From a virus (Duplodnaviria; Caudoviricetes), in the IMG/VR virus record IMGVR_UViG_3300037483_000274, positions 1 through 36,647 of that record: a DNA stretch of 36,647 bases; one strand, 5' to 3'. This document shows, one piece after another, positions 8,756-18,449 of this stretch. The notes under the pieces are model-generated. The model worked only from the letters and a program-made list of their open reading frames with translations, did no database searches and was not told the DNA's origin. Each line of letters opens with the position of its first letter. The stretch's first letter is position 1. The translations under genes and the position numbers were made by a program.

Positions 8756-8767
8756 GTTGTAGGCTCC

Positions 8768-9619
8768 TTATAGTATAATGGTTTTAGATCTGGCGGTTTC
8801 CCAGGTGCGATGCCGAGTGTAAAATTCCTCATCCCCCTGGCGAATCAGGGACCCGCCTACAGTTGGAGTGGACACTCGGCCCCCCGGAGCGCGGAATAAT
8901 GAGGGGGTTTTAAGCTGCCAAGAGGACGTAACGAAAATAATGCCATATCCGCCAGCGGTGGGAACGCGGACCTCTGAATGTCGATGACGGTGGGACCGTA
9001 CTACCACGTCCGGGATTACCCGACCCCATCGAGCGCTTTCGGCGCAGAACTCGTTATACTCTTTTGTCAGCGCCGTGGTCTCGTAGGCCATGGACCCCGT
9101 TGTCCCGATATGATGGGAGAAATGAGCCAGACAATTCCCAATCTGCAAATACATTTCGTAGCGGCTTCGGCGGCCAGTTTCATCGGGTACGGCGCCCAGG
9201 CGATGGGCCAACTTCTCTTCATCCTCGGCGGCTTCTCCGACATGCGCAGCGGTCCCGGACACCAGGTAAAATCGCCCTTCACATTTTTCGACCACCGGAG
9301 CCAGCATCTCATAGGCCACGTTTTGTTGGTCGGACTTGTCTTGGGATATTTGGTGGGATGCTTGGTGGTGCCGGCCCTCGATTGCGTCACCGTTATGCAC
9401 TACCGCGTACTTCTCGCCCCTTGTGACCTGGGGGACCCATTCGTTCCAGAACTGGACCCAGAAATCATAGACCGCAAGCTGGAACCGGCTCGCCTCGTAA
9501 AATCCCCCATGGGCTAACCGAATTTTAGGCGGGCAGAGGGCGAGTTGATCGCCGCAATGCGTATCTGATATTACGATAACGTTCTTAATCGGCTCGTTTT
9601 TTTCTTTCTTTTTCCTCAT
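8768..9619 (-). CDS. Calcineurin-like metallophosphoesterase
   Basis: SDTHCG, NGDAIEG, GTAAH (in place of GNH), HH and SHRH motifs; AAGGAG RBS. Confidence 0.82.
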   Translation of the reverse strand: MRKKKEKNEPIKNVIVISDTHCGDQLALCPPKIRLAHGGFYEASRFQLAVYDFWVQFWNEWVPQVTRGEKYAVVHNGDAIEGRHHQASHQISQDKSDQQNVAYEMLAPVVEKCEGRFYLVSGTAAHVGEAAEDEEKLAHRLGAVPDETGRRSRYEMYLQIGNCLAHFSHHIGTTGSMAYETTALTKEYNEFCAESARWGRVIPDVVVRSHRHRHSEVRVPTAGGYGIIFVTSSWQLKTPSLFRAPGGRVSTPTVGGSLIRQGDEEFYTRHRTWETARSKTIIL

Positions 9620-9636
9620 GACATACGTCTCCTTTT

Positions 9637-10047
9637 TTATTTTCGGGATAGTAGTTTATCAATTATCCCGGAGTTGGTTACCGCACGCTCGCCAAACCAA
9701 AATATCAACACAATTAGGTTGATAGCTTTCAATAGTTCGCCTTGCTCGGTTGTGAATCCGGTTTGAACGAAATATAGCCAGTCAAGATATCCTACCAGAA
9801 TAGTGAACACCGGCCGGATAAGGGACCGAATTATGTTTACAATCCGTGGGACATCCTTTGCCGCACCCTCGTATTCGAGGATAAATTGCCTGAAGGCCCC
9901 GTTTTCCTGGCGGGCTTCGGAGGCAATGAACATTTCCATTTGTTGCTCAAGGTTAGCGCGGTCGGCCTCTGACATCTTGTCGCGCACAAACTTATTTAGC
10001 CCCGTCTTGACGAGGTCGACTACCGACGATATGGGGTCAAATCCCAT
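9637..10047 (-). CDS. Holin (3TM/GTA-type)
   Basis: RSLIRPVFT...FWFGER motif with TM helices; adjacent to the endolysin. Confidence 0.75.
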   Translation of the reverse strand: MGFDPISSVVDLVKTGLNKFVRDKMSEADRANLEQQMEMFIASEARQENGAFRQFILEYEGAAKDVPRIVNIIRSLIRPVFTILVGYLDWLYFVQTGFTTEQGELLKAINLIVLIFWFGERAVTNSGIIDKLLSRK

Positions 10048-10477
10048 AAATCACATCCTTTCGGAACTTTTCCATGTCAAAATATTTTCCGGGGCAGGCC
10101 CGGTTTTTGTCCAGCTCCCGGTGTCCGTAAATGTACTTGGGCGCTATGGTATGCGCGGTAACCAGGGCCTGGACGAAGCGGACTGCTAAGTCCCATTGAT
10201 CGCTCGGGACTTCAGTTTCATCGAAGTTACCTACCAGGCAGATCCCGATTGAATCGTGATTGTGGCCCAAGGTATGAGCACCCCGGCTATCGGGCATCCG
10301 GCCGGTAAGAATCTCGTAGCGTCCGTTGACCATCTCAATCCCATAGTGATATCCAATATCATCCCATCCATGGATGCCGATGTGGTAGCGCCGAATCGCC
10401 TGCCACGATAAGGCTTCGCCATCCGGCGTTAACGAATGATGGATGACGATTTTACTCGGGTTTCGCAAAAGCATCAT
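10037..10477 (-). CDS. Endolysin, N-acetylmuramoyl-L-alanine amidase (T7 lysozyme-like)
   Basis: IVIHHS, GWDDIGYHY, GAHTLGHN..SIGICLVG, GHRE...ACPG. Confidence 0.93.
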   Translation of the reverse strand: MMLLRNPSKIVIHHSLTPDGEALSWQAIRRYHIGIHGWDDIGYHYGIEMVNGRYEILTGRMPDSRGAHTLGHNHDSIGICLVGNFDETEVPSDQWDLAVRFVQALVTAHTIAPKYIYGHRELDKNRACPGKYFDMEKFRKDVIYGI

Positions 10478-10478
10478 T

Positions 10479-10730
10479 TTAGAGCCCTCCTAATTTTTTT
10501 ATTAACGATATTAGATCCTTGTACGCGATAAAGCCCGACCCTACAAAAATGCCGCTCGCAAAAATTGCGGCCGTGGCCGCTTGCGCCCGGCTAACGAACT
10601 TCTTTTCCATGCCCGCCTGGTTCTCGGCCAGCTTCTGGACCGCTAATAAAATGAGCCAGTCCCGTGTTTCCGGTGGCTGGCTCAAAAATTCTTGACGGGA
10701 TATTCCTGATAAATCAATACGTTCTACCAT
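10479..10730 (-). CDS. Lysis-cassette membrane protein (holin/antiholin candidate)
   Basis: AGGAG RBS; C-terminal TM helix; first gene of the cassette. Confidence 0.6.
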   Translation of the reverse strand: MVERIDLSGISRQEFLSQPPETRDWLILLAVQKLAENQAGMEKKFVSRAQAATAAIFASGIFVGSGFIAYKDLISLIKKLGGL

Positions 10731-10779
10731 TTGTCGCTCCTGTCAAATAGCTAACTATTCCAAGCGGGGATACAGTACT

Positions 10780-10808
10780 AATATAACTGATAATCGGCCG
10801 TTTGTCAA
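10780..10808 (-). promoter_or_regulatory. sigma70 promoter for the lysis cassette
   Basis: TTGACA-17 bp-TATATT. Confidence 0.7.
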
Positions 10809-10814
10809 AATAAC

Positions 10815-10843
10815 TTGACCGCAATGATGATAATAATTAGTAT
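10815..10843 (+). promoter_or_regulatory. sigma70-like promoter, back-to-back with the lysis promoter
   Basis: TTGACC-17 bp-TAGTAT, with an ATG 5 nt after the -10 box. Confidence 0.5.
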
Positions 10844-10848
10844 GGGGT

Positions 10849-11100
10849 ATGATCAGATTTGCCATAGTTTTTGCATTAAGCATATTCCGGGCCACGTTGA
10901 CCCCGGCCGAAATGGCCGCAATCATAGCGATTGCGGCCATATGGCAGATCATTTATCGAGTACGACGAGGCTATTGGTTTTGCTCTCCCCCGGCAACCGC
11001 GTATCCGCTAAGGCCTCTTGCCGGGGCCAGGTTTCGGGCGCTTCCAGGCACTACGCCCCGCGCTGCCGCCGACGCCTGGGAAGTCTGGACCCGCTCATAA
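10849..11100 (+). CDS. Putative leaderless small membrane protein, antisense to the late operon
   Basis: Two hydrophobic segments occupy the otherwise empty gap; the 3' part overlaps the end of the ejection gene. Confidence 0.45.
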   Translation: MIRFAIVFALSIFRATLTPAEMAAIIAIAAIWQIIYRVRRGYWFCSPPATAYPLRPLAGARFRALPGTTPRAAADAWEVWTRS

Positions 11101-13211
11101 ATCTTTGGCCAAATCTTGGCCAAAATTGCTTGTCCCTTATCCCCTGAAAGAAATGATTTCCCTATCGCCTGGGTAAGTCTCGCCAGCGCCGGGGTGGTAT
11201 TTGAAAAATTTGCCCCGCCCTTAACCGGAACAGTGGCACGTTCCGCCACGGAAACAAATTGGGTAATGAGTTTTCGCTCTTCAGGGCTAAATAGGGTCTG
11301 TAGTACTTCCGCGTTTTTTGTGTTCATCGTTGCCCAGTCGGTTCGCAGCGCCGCACCGGAAAAAGACCGGCCCTTGACTGCTTTCTCCGTGAGCCGAACG
11401 AACGCCTCTTCCTTCAACGCTTTGATCGGCTCGCTTCCTTCTCCAAGTAGGCTCTTAATTTTTCTGATTTCTCTCGCAAGCTCGGGCTTGCTCAATAGCC
11501 CGGTATTAGAGGCCCCGAAAATCGTGTTACTTGCGGCCTCCGGGGCTATAGCGAACTGCTTTCCTTCTCGTTCGATCAATTTTTCAACCAAGTCCCCGGC
11601 CTGGAATTTCTCTCCGAATTTTTTTCTCAACGTTATCGCGCGTTTCCAGGCTTCGATGGACTTCGTATCCGCCGATTGCAGGGACGTCAAAATAGCGTCA
11701 TCCATGTTATTGTCAAACGTGCGCTTGGCCGCATTGAGGGCGGCTCTCTCCGTTTTGTCGGAGACGTTATTGGCCAGAGTCGATACTTGTCGACGCCAGG
11801 CGAAAAGGTCATCAATAGCGGCCGGCCCCGGAGCGGCACCTTCAGCTGGGGATATTCTTTTCGCTAAATTAGCCAACAATTTCCCGGTATTGGGCGCAAA
11901 TTCACCGTAGTCCTTGATTGATTCCGCTATGTTGGCTACTATTTTTTCGGCGGACTCGTGCGGCAATTCCCCCGGCAATGACCGGGCTTCGTTGTAGGCA
12001 GCAGTTATGGCGGTTTTCTCGGATGCCGCCCGCGAGGCCAAGGTGGATTGGATCTGCTCTCCGGCCAGCCCCCGCTGAGATGACCCGGCACCGCCCAAGC
12101 GTTGCTGGATAGCGGGCACGTTGCCCCGGAGGGCCTCTTCGGTTCGGGATCGAGCCCCGCTCATAAGAGCCTGGGCTCCTTCACCCATTGCGCCTTTTTC
12201 GGCCAGATCTTCAAACATTTGGTCAGACGGCCGCATAGTTAGCTGGCCTCTGGTTAGCGGCACGGCCTCTGGTAAGGACCGGGCCTCTGCAATGGCCGCA
12301 GCTTGGGCGGGGTCGGAAGCTCTTTTCGCCTCGTCGATAAATTGCCGGACCATATCATCAGTAACGCCCTCTGCGGCCTTGGCGGCGCTTAAGCCCGGGG
12401 TTGCAGCCTGCTTGGTCTCGATGATAATTTTCTTGGCCACTTCCGGGTTATCGATCTTTTTTCCGGCCCGCAAGAATTTTGATATAATTGGCACGAGAAT
12501 TGCTTCGCCAGCGGCTCCGAGCCCGGCGGCAATACCGGCCCGGGGCAGGCTTACACCTTGTTCGCTTCCGGCGGCCCCGGCGGCCAGATCGGCAGCAACC
12601 GATGCCCCACCGGTAGCCGCCCCTACCGCTGCAGCTCTACCTGCAAGACCCGCGCCTTTGCCGAGTAATTTAATGGCCCCTTTAGCGGCCCCGGCCATTT
12701 CGGTCCCCTGGGCAATAAGGTTAGCGACGTCGCGGGGCGATACCCCTGGCCGGTTAAGATATTCCCAGTCTCTGCCGGGAACTCTAACCATCTGGTTTCC
12801 GTATTCGTCCGGGGCGAACTCGGCCCCAGGAACCCGTTTTGAGATGATATCTTGCATTTGCTCGGGCTCGGAGGTGTGCAGCATTCCAGCCGCTGATTTT
12901 AACGCCCCGCTGGCGGTGGGAAAATCCTCGAATCTGGTAGTATATTCCCCCACGCCGGGCCTGCGCTTCCCTTCTCCCGTTATTCTCTGGCCCATTCGGG
13001 CAAAAAATCCTGGGCCTTCTTCGGGCGATCCCTGGGCTGGGGCTTCGGGCTCGGCTTGCGGTGCACGCGTCGCCAAGGAGGATTCATACTTGGCGGCAAC
13101 GTCTGGCTTCAGCAGCCCTCGGCGGTACGCTTCTTGCAACGCTGCCGAGGTCTCGGGTTTCAGCAACCCCCGGCGATCAGCTTCGATTATTGCGTCGATG
13201 TTTTCAGGCAT
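10971..13211 (-). CDS. DNA ejection/internal virion protein (P22 gp16 position)
   Basis: 746 aa, Ala/Gly-rich and helical with an N-terminal EAYRRGLL-type repeat; last of three ejection genes; GAGG RBS. Confidence 0.7.
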   Translation of the reverse strand: MPENIDAIIEADRRGLLKPETSAALQEAYRRGLLKPDVAAKYESSLATRAPQAEPEAPAQGSPEEGPGFFARMGQRITGEGKRRPGVGEYTTRFEDFPTASGALKSAAGMLHTSEPEQMQDIISKRVPGAEFAPDEYGNQMVRVPGRDWEYLNRPGVSPRDVANLIAQGTEMAGAAKGAIKLLGKGAGLAGRAAAVGAATGGASVAADLAAGAAGSEQGVSLPRAGIAAGLGAAGEAILVPIISKFLRAGKKIDNPEVAKKIIIETKQAATPGLSAAKAAEGVTDDMVRQFIDEAKRASDPAQAAAIAEARSLPEAVPLTRGQLTMRPSDQMFEDLAEKGAMGEGAQALMSGARSRTEEALRGNVPAIQQRLGGAGSSQRGLAGEQIQSTLASRAASEKTAITAAYNEARSLPGELPHESAEKIVANIAESIKDYGEFAPNTGKLLANLAKRISPAEGAAPGPAAIDDLFAWRRQVSTLANNVSDKTERAALNAAKRTFDNNMDDAILTSLQSADTKSIEAWKRAITLRKKFGEKFQAGDLVEKLIEREGKQFAIAPEAASNTIFGASNTGLLSKPELAREIRKIKSLLGEGSEPIKALKEEAFVRLTEKAVKGRSFSGAALRTDWATMNTKNAEVLQTLFSPEERKLITQFVSVAERATVPVKGGANFSNTTPALARLTQAIGKSFLSGDKGQAILAKIWPKIYERVQTSQASAAARGVVPGSARNLAPARGLSGYAVAGGEQNQ

Positions 13212-13224
13212 TTAAATATCCTCG

Positions 13225-14349
13225 TTATTTGAAAAGATCTGCAGGTAGCGCTTGCATAAGATCCCGGTTGCTCATTTGTTGATATGGCGACTCTGGGGGC
13301 GCCGATGACGCCGGAGCCGGGCCGGATTGCGGAGCTCCTTGAATGCCTATAGCAGACGTTATACGCTTCATCATCTTGTAGTCAAAGAGCGGATTTTGTT
13401 CATGATATCTATCCAACTCGTCATAAAACCCCTCGTCAAATCCGCCAGTCCGCTTAACGTAGTCGCGGGCCATTTTCGCAACCTTTACCTTGCGCTCGGC
13501 CAGCTTATCCGCAAGCTCGATGATAAGCTGATTGCCTTTCGGAGTGCTGCTCAGTTGGGGGGCGGTTTGGCTAAACAGATCCATTTCCTTCTCGGATACC
13601 GCACCTTTAGTCCGGCTTACAGCGTCAAGAGTCATGTCTACCGCAGATGCTTTAAACGCCTCAGCAAGGGGAACGTCGTCCTTAAGGCCGTATTTGGATA
13701 TGTCAATTCCCAAGCCCATTAGCGCTTGTTTTCCCTTGGTGGTAAGGGGCTTTAGCGCCCCGGTCTCCAAATTCTGGGCTAAGTACTTGGCCTTTTGCAA
13801 TCGGTTTTTGTAGGACCAGGCCTCCGAGCCCGCTTTGGTCAATTCGGCATATTCGGCCGCCCGGTTTTTCCCGAGCTCCTCGTCAAACTTTTTCTGCTGC
13901 CCCGGCATGTTTATCGTAGTCGTTGGTGCGTTTTGCCGCCTAAACGCGGCATACTCTTCAGCCGTAGGCATTTTTCCGCCCTGCATAAGCTGCAGGTTTC
14001 GAGCCTCTCCCGTAAGCCCAGGAGTTTCCGGTGGCCGCTGCCCTATAAGATTCAACGCGGTCCCGATATCCCCGCCCTGTTGCAATACTCGCTGGCCAGC
14101 TTCTTGCGGTGAGCCCCAGGGAGACGCGAGGGCCGACCTCGTAGCCGTTTTCTCAGCCAGGGCCAGATGGCGTGCCTCTTGGGTATTCTGGTATTCAGTA
14201 TCGCGCATGGCCATCTCTTTTTCACGATACGCGCGGTTTTCGTCGTCGATATCTCTCTGCCGCCTCAACTGCATGGCCTGCAATAGCGTTTGCATTCCTC
14301 GGGCCTGGTATTGAGACGGGTCCACTATATAGGATGAATAATCAGGCAT
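13225..14349 (-). CDS. DNA ejection protein (P22 gp20 position)
   Basis: Helical protein with KGAVSEKEM...PQLSSTPKGN motif; synteny. Confidence 0.65.
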   Translation of the reverse strand: MPDYSSYIVDPSQYQARGMQTLLQAMQLRRQRDIDDENRAYREKEMAMRDTEYQNTQEARHLALAEKTATRSALASPWGSPQEAGQRVLQQGGDIGTALNLIGQRPPETPGLTGEARNLQLMQGGKMPTAEEYAAFRRQNAPTTTINMPGQQKKFDEELGKNRAAEYAELTKAGSEAWSYKNRLQKAKYLAQNLETGALKPLTTKGKQALMGLGIDISKYGLKDDVPLAEAFKASAVDMTLDAVSRTKGAVSEKEMDLFSQTAPQLSSTPKGNQLIIELADKLAERKVKVAKMARDYVKRTGGFDEGFYDELDRYHEQNPLFDYKMMKRITSAIGIQGAPQSGPAPASSAPPESPYQQMSNRDLMQALPADLFK

Positions 14350-14350
14350 T

Positions 14351-14800
14351 TTATTTAATCCAAAATAATTCTAAGGGTTTGTAGTCTCTTTTTTCATAAA
14401 GTTCGCCCACCGTATCGGACCACTGATTAGCGGGCTGCGCCATGACGTTTCGAGCTCCCAAGTCGCTTACCCGGCGCTCATAGACCGCCAGCAGCGCGGA
14501 CCCGATTCCGGATGACCGATATTCCGGTTTAACCCAATACAAAAGCTCGTAAGCAATTGATATCGAGGGGTTAAACGTCCAGGGGCCGACTATTCCGGCA
14601 ATTACTCCGGCTACCTCATTATCCGCGCTATCCACCAGACAAATAAATCCTGGGGAGCCTATCCGCTCGGATAACCAGGCCGCAAACGCCTCGGGGTCAA
14701 ATTCGAGACCGTATTGATCAAAATACCCGGCCGCCGCGTACAGCTGATTAGCGCAGTCTATAATTCCGGGGATATCGGAGATATCAGCGTCGGTTATCAT
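14351..14800 (-). CDS. GNAT-fold acetyltransferase-like protein
   Basis: YWVKPEYRSSGIGSALL (acetyl-CoA binding motif A) and LYEKRDY. Confidence 0.82.
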   Translation of the reverse strand: MITDADISDIPGIIDCANQLYAAAGYFDQYGLEFDPEAFAAWLSERIGSPGFICLVDSADNEVAGVIAGIVGPWTFNPSISIAYELLYWVKPEYRSSGIGSALLAVYERRVSDLGARNVMAQPANQWSDTVGELYEKRDYKPLELFWIK

Positions 14801-15723
14801 TAGGCTATCCCCCGCCAGGTCCCTGTGGCTGGCTTTCCCCCCGATCCCTGCATGGCGTAAAGGGATGCAAGGTTCCAGCCCCCTTGCCCCAAATTATTCC
14901 ACATATTCGACGATGCTTGCCCGGCCCCCAAGTATCCCTGCGCCTGGGCGTTACCTGATTGCTGATAGAGACTTGCCAGCCCGGCCCCGGCCTGTTGCCC
15001 GGCGGATACCGTTTGACCGGTTGCGCCCATTCCCATAGCAGCAAGATTGGCTTCTCGATTGTATGAAGTGTTGTATTCGTCCATCGCCCGGCCGTAGTCA
15101 ATGTTATATTCACCGAGCGCCCGGTTGTACTCATCAACCCGGCGCTGATACTGCCGGGCCTCGTCGGATGCGGTCAGGCTCTGATTAAAATCGCTCAACG
15201 TGTTGACTGCCGCCCGGCTGCCATAGAGCCCGCGAGCGGCCATAGCGCGGTTTATGGCCTCCTCACCCTGGCGCTGCTGGTAGATATACCCGGCATCCGG
15301 CTGATAGCCTCCACGAACCGACCCCGGAGCGCTACCGCCTCGAACCGTGTTTCCGGTCTCGTCAATCATCGTTCCGCCAGCGCCCGGACCGCCCATAATC
15401 TGCCGGTTTCCTGGAGCCACGTAATTCGCACCCCCAGAAATCGGGCGGCTAAAATAATTGCCGGATCGGGCCGTAAAACTCGGCTGATTGAGTTTCAGCC
15501 CTTCAAGGCGGCCCAAGGCCCCATATCCAGATGTACGATAAGGGCCAAGATCCGCCCGGCCCGTATTGTACATTTCCAGGGTTGTACCCGACCCGATTCG
15601 GGCGGCCTCTACCTGGGCATCTGCCGCCCTTCCGGCGGCTTTCGTTTGGGCTTTTGAGCCCATAAATCCGCTGATCAGTGATCCGCCCAAAGCCCCGGCG
15701 GCCAATCCGGCTGCTGCTCCCAT
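14800..15723 (-). CDS. DNA ejection/pilot protein (P22 gp7-like)
   Basis: Likely start ATG 15723 with GGGAG RBS; Gly/Ala-rich N-terminus, LGPYRTSG and AAARG-like motifs. Confidence 0.75.
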   Translation of the reverse strand: MGAAAGLAAGALGGSLISGFMGSKAQTKAAGRAADAQVEAARIGSGTTLEMYNTGRADLGPYRTSGYGALGRLEGLKLNQPSFTARSGNYFSRPISGGANYVAPGNRQIMGGPGAGGTMIDETGNTVRGGSAPGSVRGGYQPDAGYIYQQRQGEEAINRAMAARGLYGSRAAVNTLSDFNQSLTASDEARQYQRRVDEYNRALGEYNIDYGRAMDEYNTSYNREANLAAMGMGATGQTVSAGQQAGAGLASLYQQSGNAQAQGYLGAGQASSNMWNNLGQGGWNLASLYAMQGSGGKPATGTWRGIA

Positions 15724-15733
15724 ATTTATCTCC

Positions 15734-15931
15734 CTATTTAGCGGACAGCACCCTAAGGGCTGCCAATAAGTCATTAAGGTCAGATACAACCCCGGCGACG
15801 TCTATCGCTGTACTATCGCCTGGAATCGATAATACCAGATTATTCAATACCCGGCAAACATTATCGTTAAACCTCCTTGCATCTTCCGGGCCATTTGTCA
15901 AGGGCGGGGTCAAAACTTTACGGGCGGCCAT
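15734..15931 (-). CDS. Small virion protein (tail needle/plug position)
   Basis: GGAGG RBS; VVSDLNDLLAALR coiled-coil motif; follows the gp10-like gene. Confidence 0.6.
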   Translation of the reverse strand: MAARKVLTPPLTNGPEDARRFNDNVCRVLNNLVLSIPGDSTAIDVAGVVSDLNDLLAALRVLSAK

Positions 15932-17417
15932 ATTCAAAATCCTCCGAAACGCTTGATAATACGGCAGGTATTTTAGATTGCAAAACTATTTCGTACTGCC
16001 TGGAATAATATTGCCCTAAGCGCCTCATTTCCCCTCGATACATCGTATCCCCCGCGTTTTGAAGCTCGATAGTCCTCTCTGGCTGCCAACTCGTGGACCC
16101 GTTATCCCGCCACCGGACTGTAAGACGCAAGGGCTCTGTTTGGGGCTCGGCCCGGAGGAGGTTGGACCTCTTTAGCCGAAAAATCAGGCGCTTAGAAAAT
16201 TTTCTCCGTCCGCTGGTGCCGTGGTCTATCTGCGGGGTTCGGACCATCGTGCGTAACAGGTTCCCGTTATCGTCATAGGCATCATCTGATATTTTGTAAA
16301 TCGCGCCTTCTTGGCCAGCGGCTACGGTAAACCCCCAGGGATCGCATTGGGCGTATGAGAGCATGTTAAATGCGTCGTACCCGGCGGCCACAATATCCCA
16401 GGACCCCCATTGTGACCACAGGCCGCTGATGATATCATAGACGATAGTCTTTCCCGCCGAGGGAAACGTAAGGAGCCAAAAAAGTCGGCCGGCGATCCGT
16501 AGATAAGAGCCTAAAGCATCATTAACTATTCCGAATGACTGAATATGCCTATTCAGAACCGGATTGAGCGGCTGAACAGTCGTTCCCACCAGCCGAACCG
16601 CTTGTTTTGACTGATCAAGGAAATAAAATACGCCGTCGCAGTTCGTTACGGAGCCGGGAGCTATCGTTCCGGTAGCTATAGCGTTTTGAACGTCTGGCAC
16701 AAACGGCGTTACGCCGTCGTCGCGCCAGAATTCGATAGAGTTGGAGCCAAATAGGTACAAAAACGGCCCCGCCGAATGCAGCGCCAGGAGTCCATCAGGC
16801 TGATTTTCGGCAGACGCAAAATCTCCGGCCCAAGTTTGGGGGTTTGAGACTGAAGACCAGTGGAAGCGGTCGGTTCCGGCCTCGTTGGCGATCAGATATT
16901 TATCCAGAGCCGTGATATGCGTTACTACGGCTGGAGCATCGCCATCGGGTAATAGATACGCACCGCCAGAATCGATAATATCGCCGGTGGTGACGTGCCG
17001 GGGCTCGATAACCACTATCCGGTCGCCATTGGCCGCGAAACAGGAGAATTTATCATGCTCGACCCATGTTATCGGTAGCCGGGGTAATAGAAAACCAGGG
17101 GTAAATCCGAATGGGGTGCCGATGTTGAAGGTGGCCCCGGCGGGGTCTAATATCTGCATGATTCGGGCTTTAGCAACGCCCGAATCATAGACTTCCACGG
17201 CCGCTAAGCAAGCCTCAGACCGAACAGCCCAGAATAGGCCATAGACGGGTTTAAAGTCCTGGGCGGCCACAAATAGCTCAGTTCCGGGACGTCGATTTAT
17301 TCCGCCTTGTTGGTCGATGTACCCGTCTTGCAAGATCGAGCCATGAGTGACAAGGGTGACCTCGTCGATATCGACGTTGCCCCCCGCCTGGATAGGTAGT
17401 TGCTGATCAGTTGGCAT
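15918..17417 (-). CDS. Tail hub / packaged-DNA stabilization protein (P22 gp10-like)
   Basis: FASAENQPD, LFGSNSIEFW, LTFPSAGKTIVYD, MRRLG; size and synteny. Confidence 0.85.
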   Translation of the reverse strand: MPTDQQLPIQAGGNVDIDEVTLVTHGSILQDGYIDQQGGINRRPGTELFVAAQDFKPVYGLFWAVRSEACLAAVEVYDSGVAKARIMQILDPAGATFNIGTPFGFTPGFLLPRLPITWVEHDKFSCFAANGDRIVVIEPRHVTTGDIIDSGGAYLLPDGDAPAVVTHITALDKYLIANEAGTDRFHWSSVSNPQTWAGDFASAENQPDGLLALHSAGPFLYLFGSNSIEFWRDDGVTPFVPDVQNAIATGTIAPGSVTNCDGVFYFLDQSKQAVRLVGTTVQPLNPVLNRHIQSFGIVNDALGSYLRIAGRLFWLLTFPSAGKTIVYDIISGLWSQWGSWDIVAAGYDAFNMLSYAQCDPWGFTVAAGQEGAIYKISDDAYDDNGNLLRTMVRTPQIDHGTSGRRKFSKRLIFRLKRSNLLRAEPQTEPLRLTVRWRDNGSTSWQPERTIELQNAGDTMYRGEMRRLGQYYSRQYEIVLQSKIPAVLSSVSEDFEYGRP

Positions 17418-18440
17418 TTAGGATACGTCTCCCCATTTAATCTGCAAGGCGGATATCGTGGCACCGCCTATAGCCACTGATGTATCGCTGCCCGCTGATT
17501 GCGCAGATAGTGTGATAGTATACGATCCGGATACCTCGCATATAGCAACTGCGGATACTCGTTGATAAGCAGTATTAGATGCTACAACGTCCGCGTTTTC
17601 GCTGGCGATTGTAGAACCGCCTTGAAATGCGATGTTAGCGGAGGAGGCCAGCATGCGGATACGATTCATTCCTCCGGTTCCTCCTTTTGTGCCCTCATAT
17701 TGTCCGGCCACAATGAATCTATCCCCGGCCAAGGCCCCGGTTATATCCAGCACAGCAAGTATGATATTGGCGCTTGTTACGGTAACTGCTCCGGTATTGG
17801 ACTCGTTTACCGGGGTATCGTCGGCGGTCCGAATAAAGTTTTTTGCCGAGACGACCCCGCCAAAGCTGCTTGGAGTCATAACTTCCCAGTTTGACCCAAA
17901 GGGCAGGGCGGTAACTACGAGGCCGTTATATGACAGCGCGTAAGTGAGCGTCTGGTTTATCGTTTGTGTTGAGAAAGCGTCAAGTGTCACGGTAAATGCC
18001 CCCCGGCGCTTGACTGTAAGGGGCCTCAAAACCGTTGACGTACTGGGCAAATGGATCGTTATAGCCGCTCCGGCCGCCGTGGTATCAGCAATTATAAAAT
18101 CATCGTCCACCGTGGCCGTGTACGAAGTTGAGGTGATAGTTTTAAAAGCCAAAACTCCGGACTCGCACCGGATATCATCCCAAGTGTAAACTGTAGCGCC
18201 AAGGGAGTCCTTGACAATCAGCTTGTAAATCCCATCCCCGTAAACTTGGACCCCGCCGGACGAGTCCAGGGTTCGCGAGGTAAACGGATTCGTCTTCTCT
18301 ATCTCGGTCCAGATGTTTTTAGGTGTTGTCGTTCCGGCGGCGTAAAACTCCACTGATCCGCCCGCAAGGGGCTCGTTTGTAGCGGGATCGATTAGCCCGG
18401 ACAGTAAAAAATCAAATTGCGTTGCTTTTGTATCTGCCAT
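17418..18440 (-). CDS. Tail fibre/tailspike with N-terminal particle-binding domain
   Basis: PLAGGSVEFYAAGTTTPK...LDSSG...YKLIVKDS..TWD N-terminal domain followed by beta-rich domains. Confidence 0.75.
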   Translation of the reverse strand: MADTKATQFDFLLSGLIDPATNEPLAGGSVEFYAAGTTTPKNIWTEIEKTNPFTSRTLDSSGGVQVYGDGIYKLIVKDSLGATVYTWDDIRCESGVLAFKTITSTSYTATVDDDFIIADTTAAGAAITIHLPSTSTVLRPLTVKRRGAFTVTLDAFSTQTINQTLTYALSYNGLVVTALPFGSNWEVMTPSSFGGVVSAKNFIRTADDTPVNESNTGAVTVTSANIILAVLDITGALAGDRFIVAGQYEGTKGGTGGMNRIRMLASSANIAFQGGSTIASENADVVASNTAYQRVSAVAICEVSGSYTITLSAQSAGSDTSVAIGGATISALQIKWGDVS

Positions 18441-18449
18441 AGTTAGTCC

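Noticed and set aside
11116-14384. Long + strand ORFs (e.g. 11116-11910, 12121-13215)
   Set aside because: Antisense to the ejection genes, with no motifs or clear RBS; typical shadow frames. The same applies to 21838-22755.
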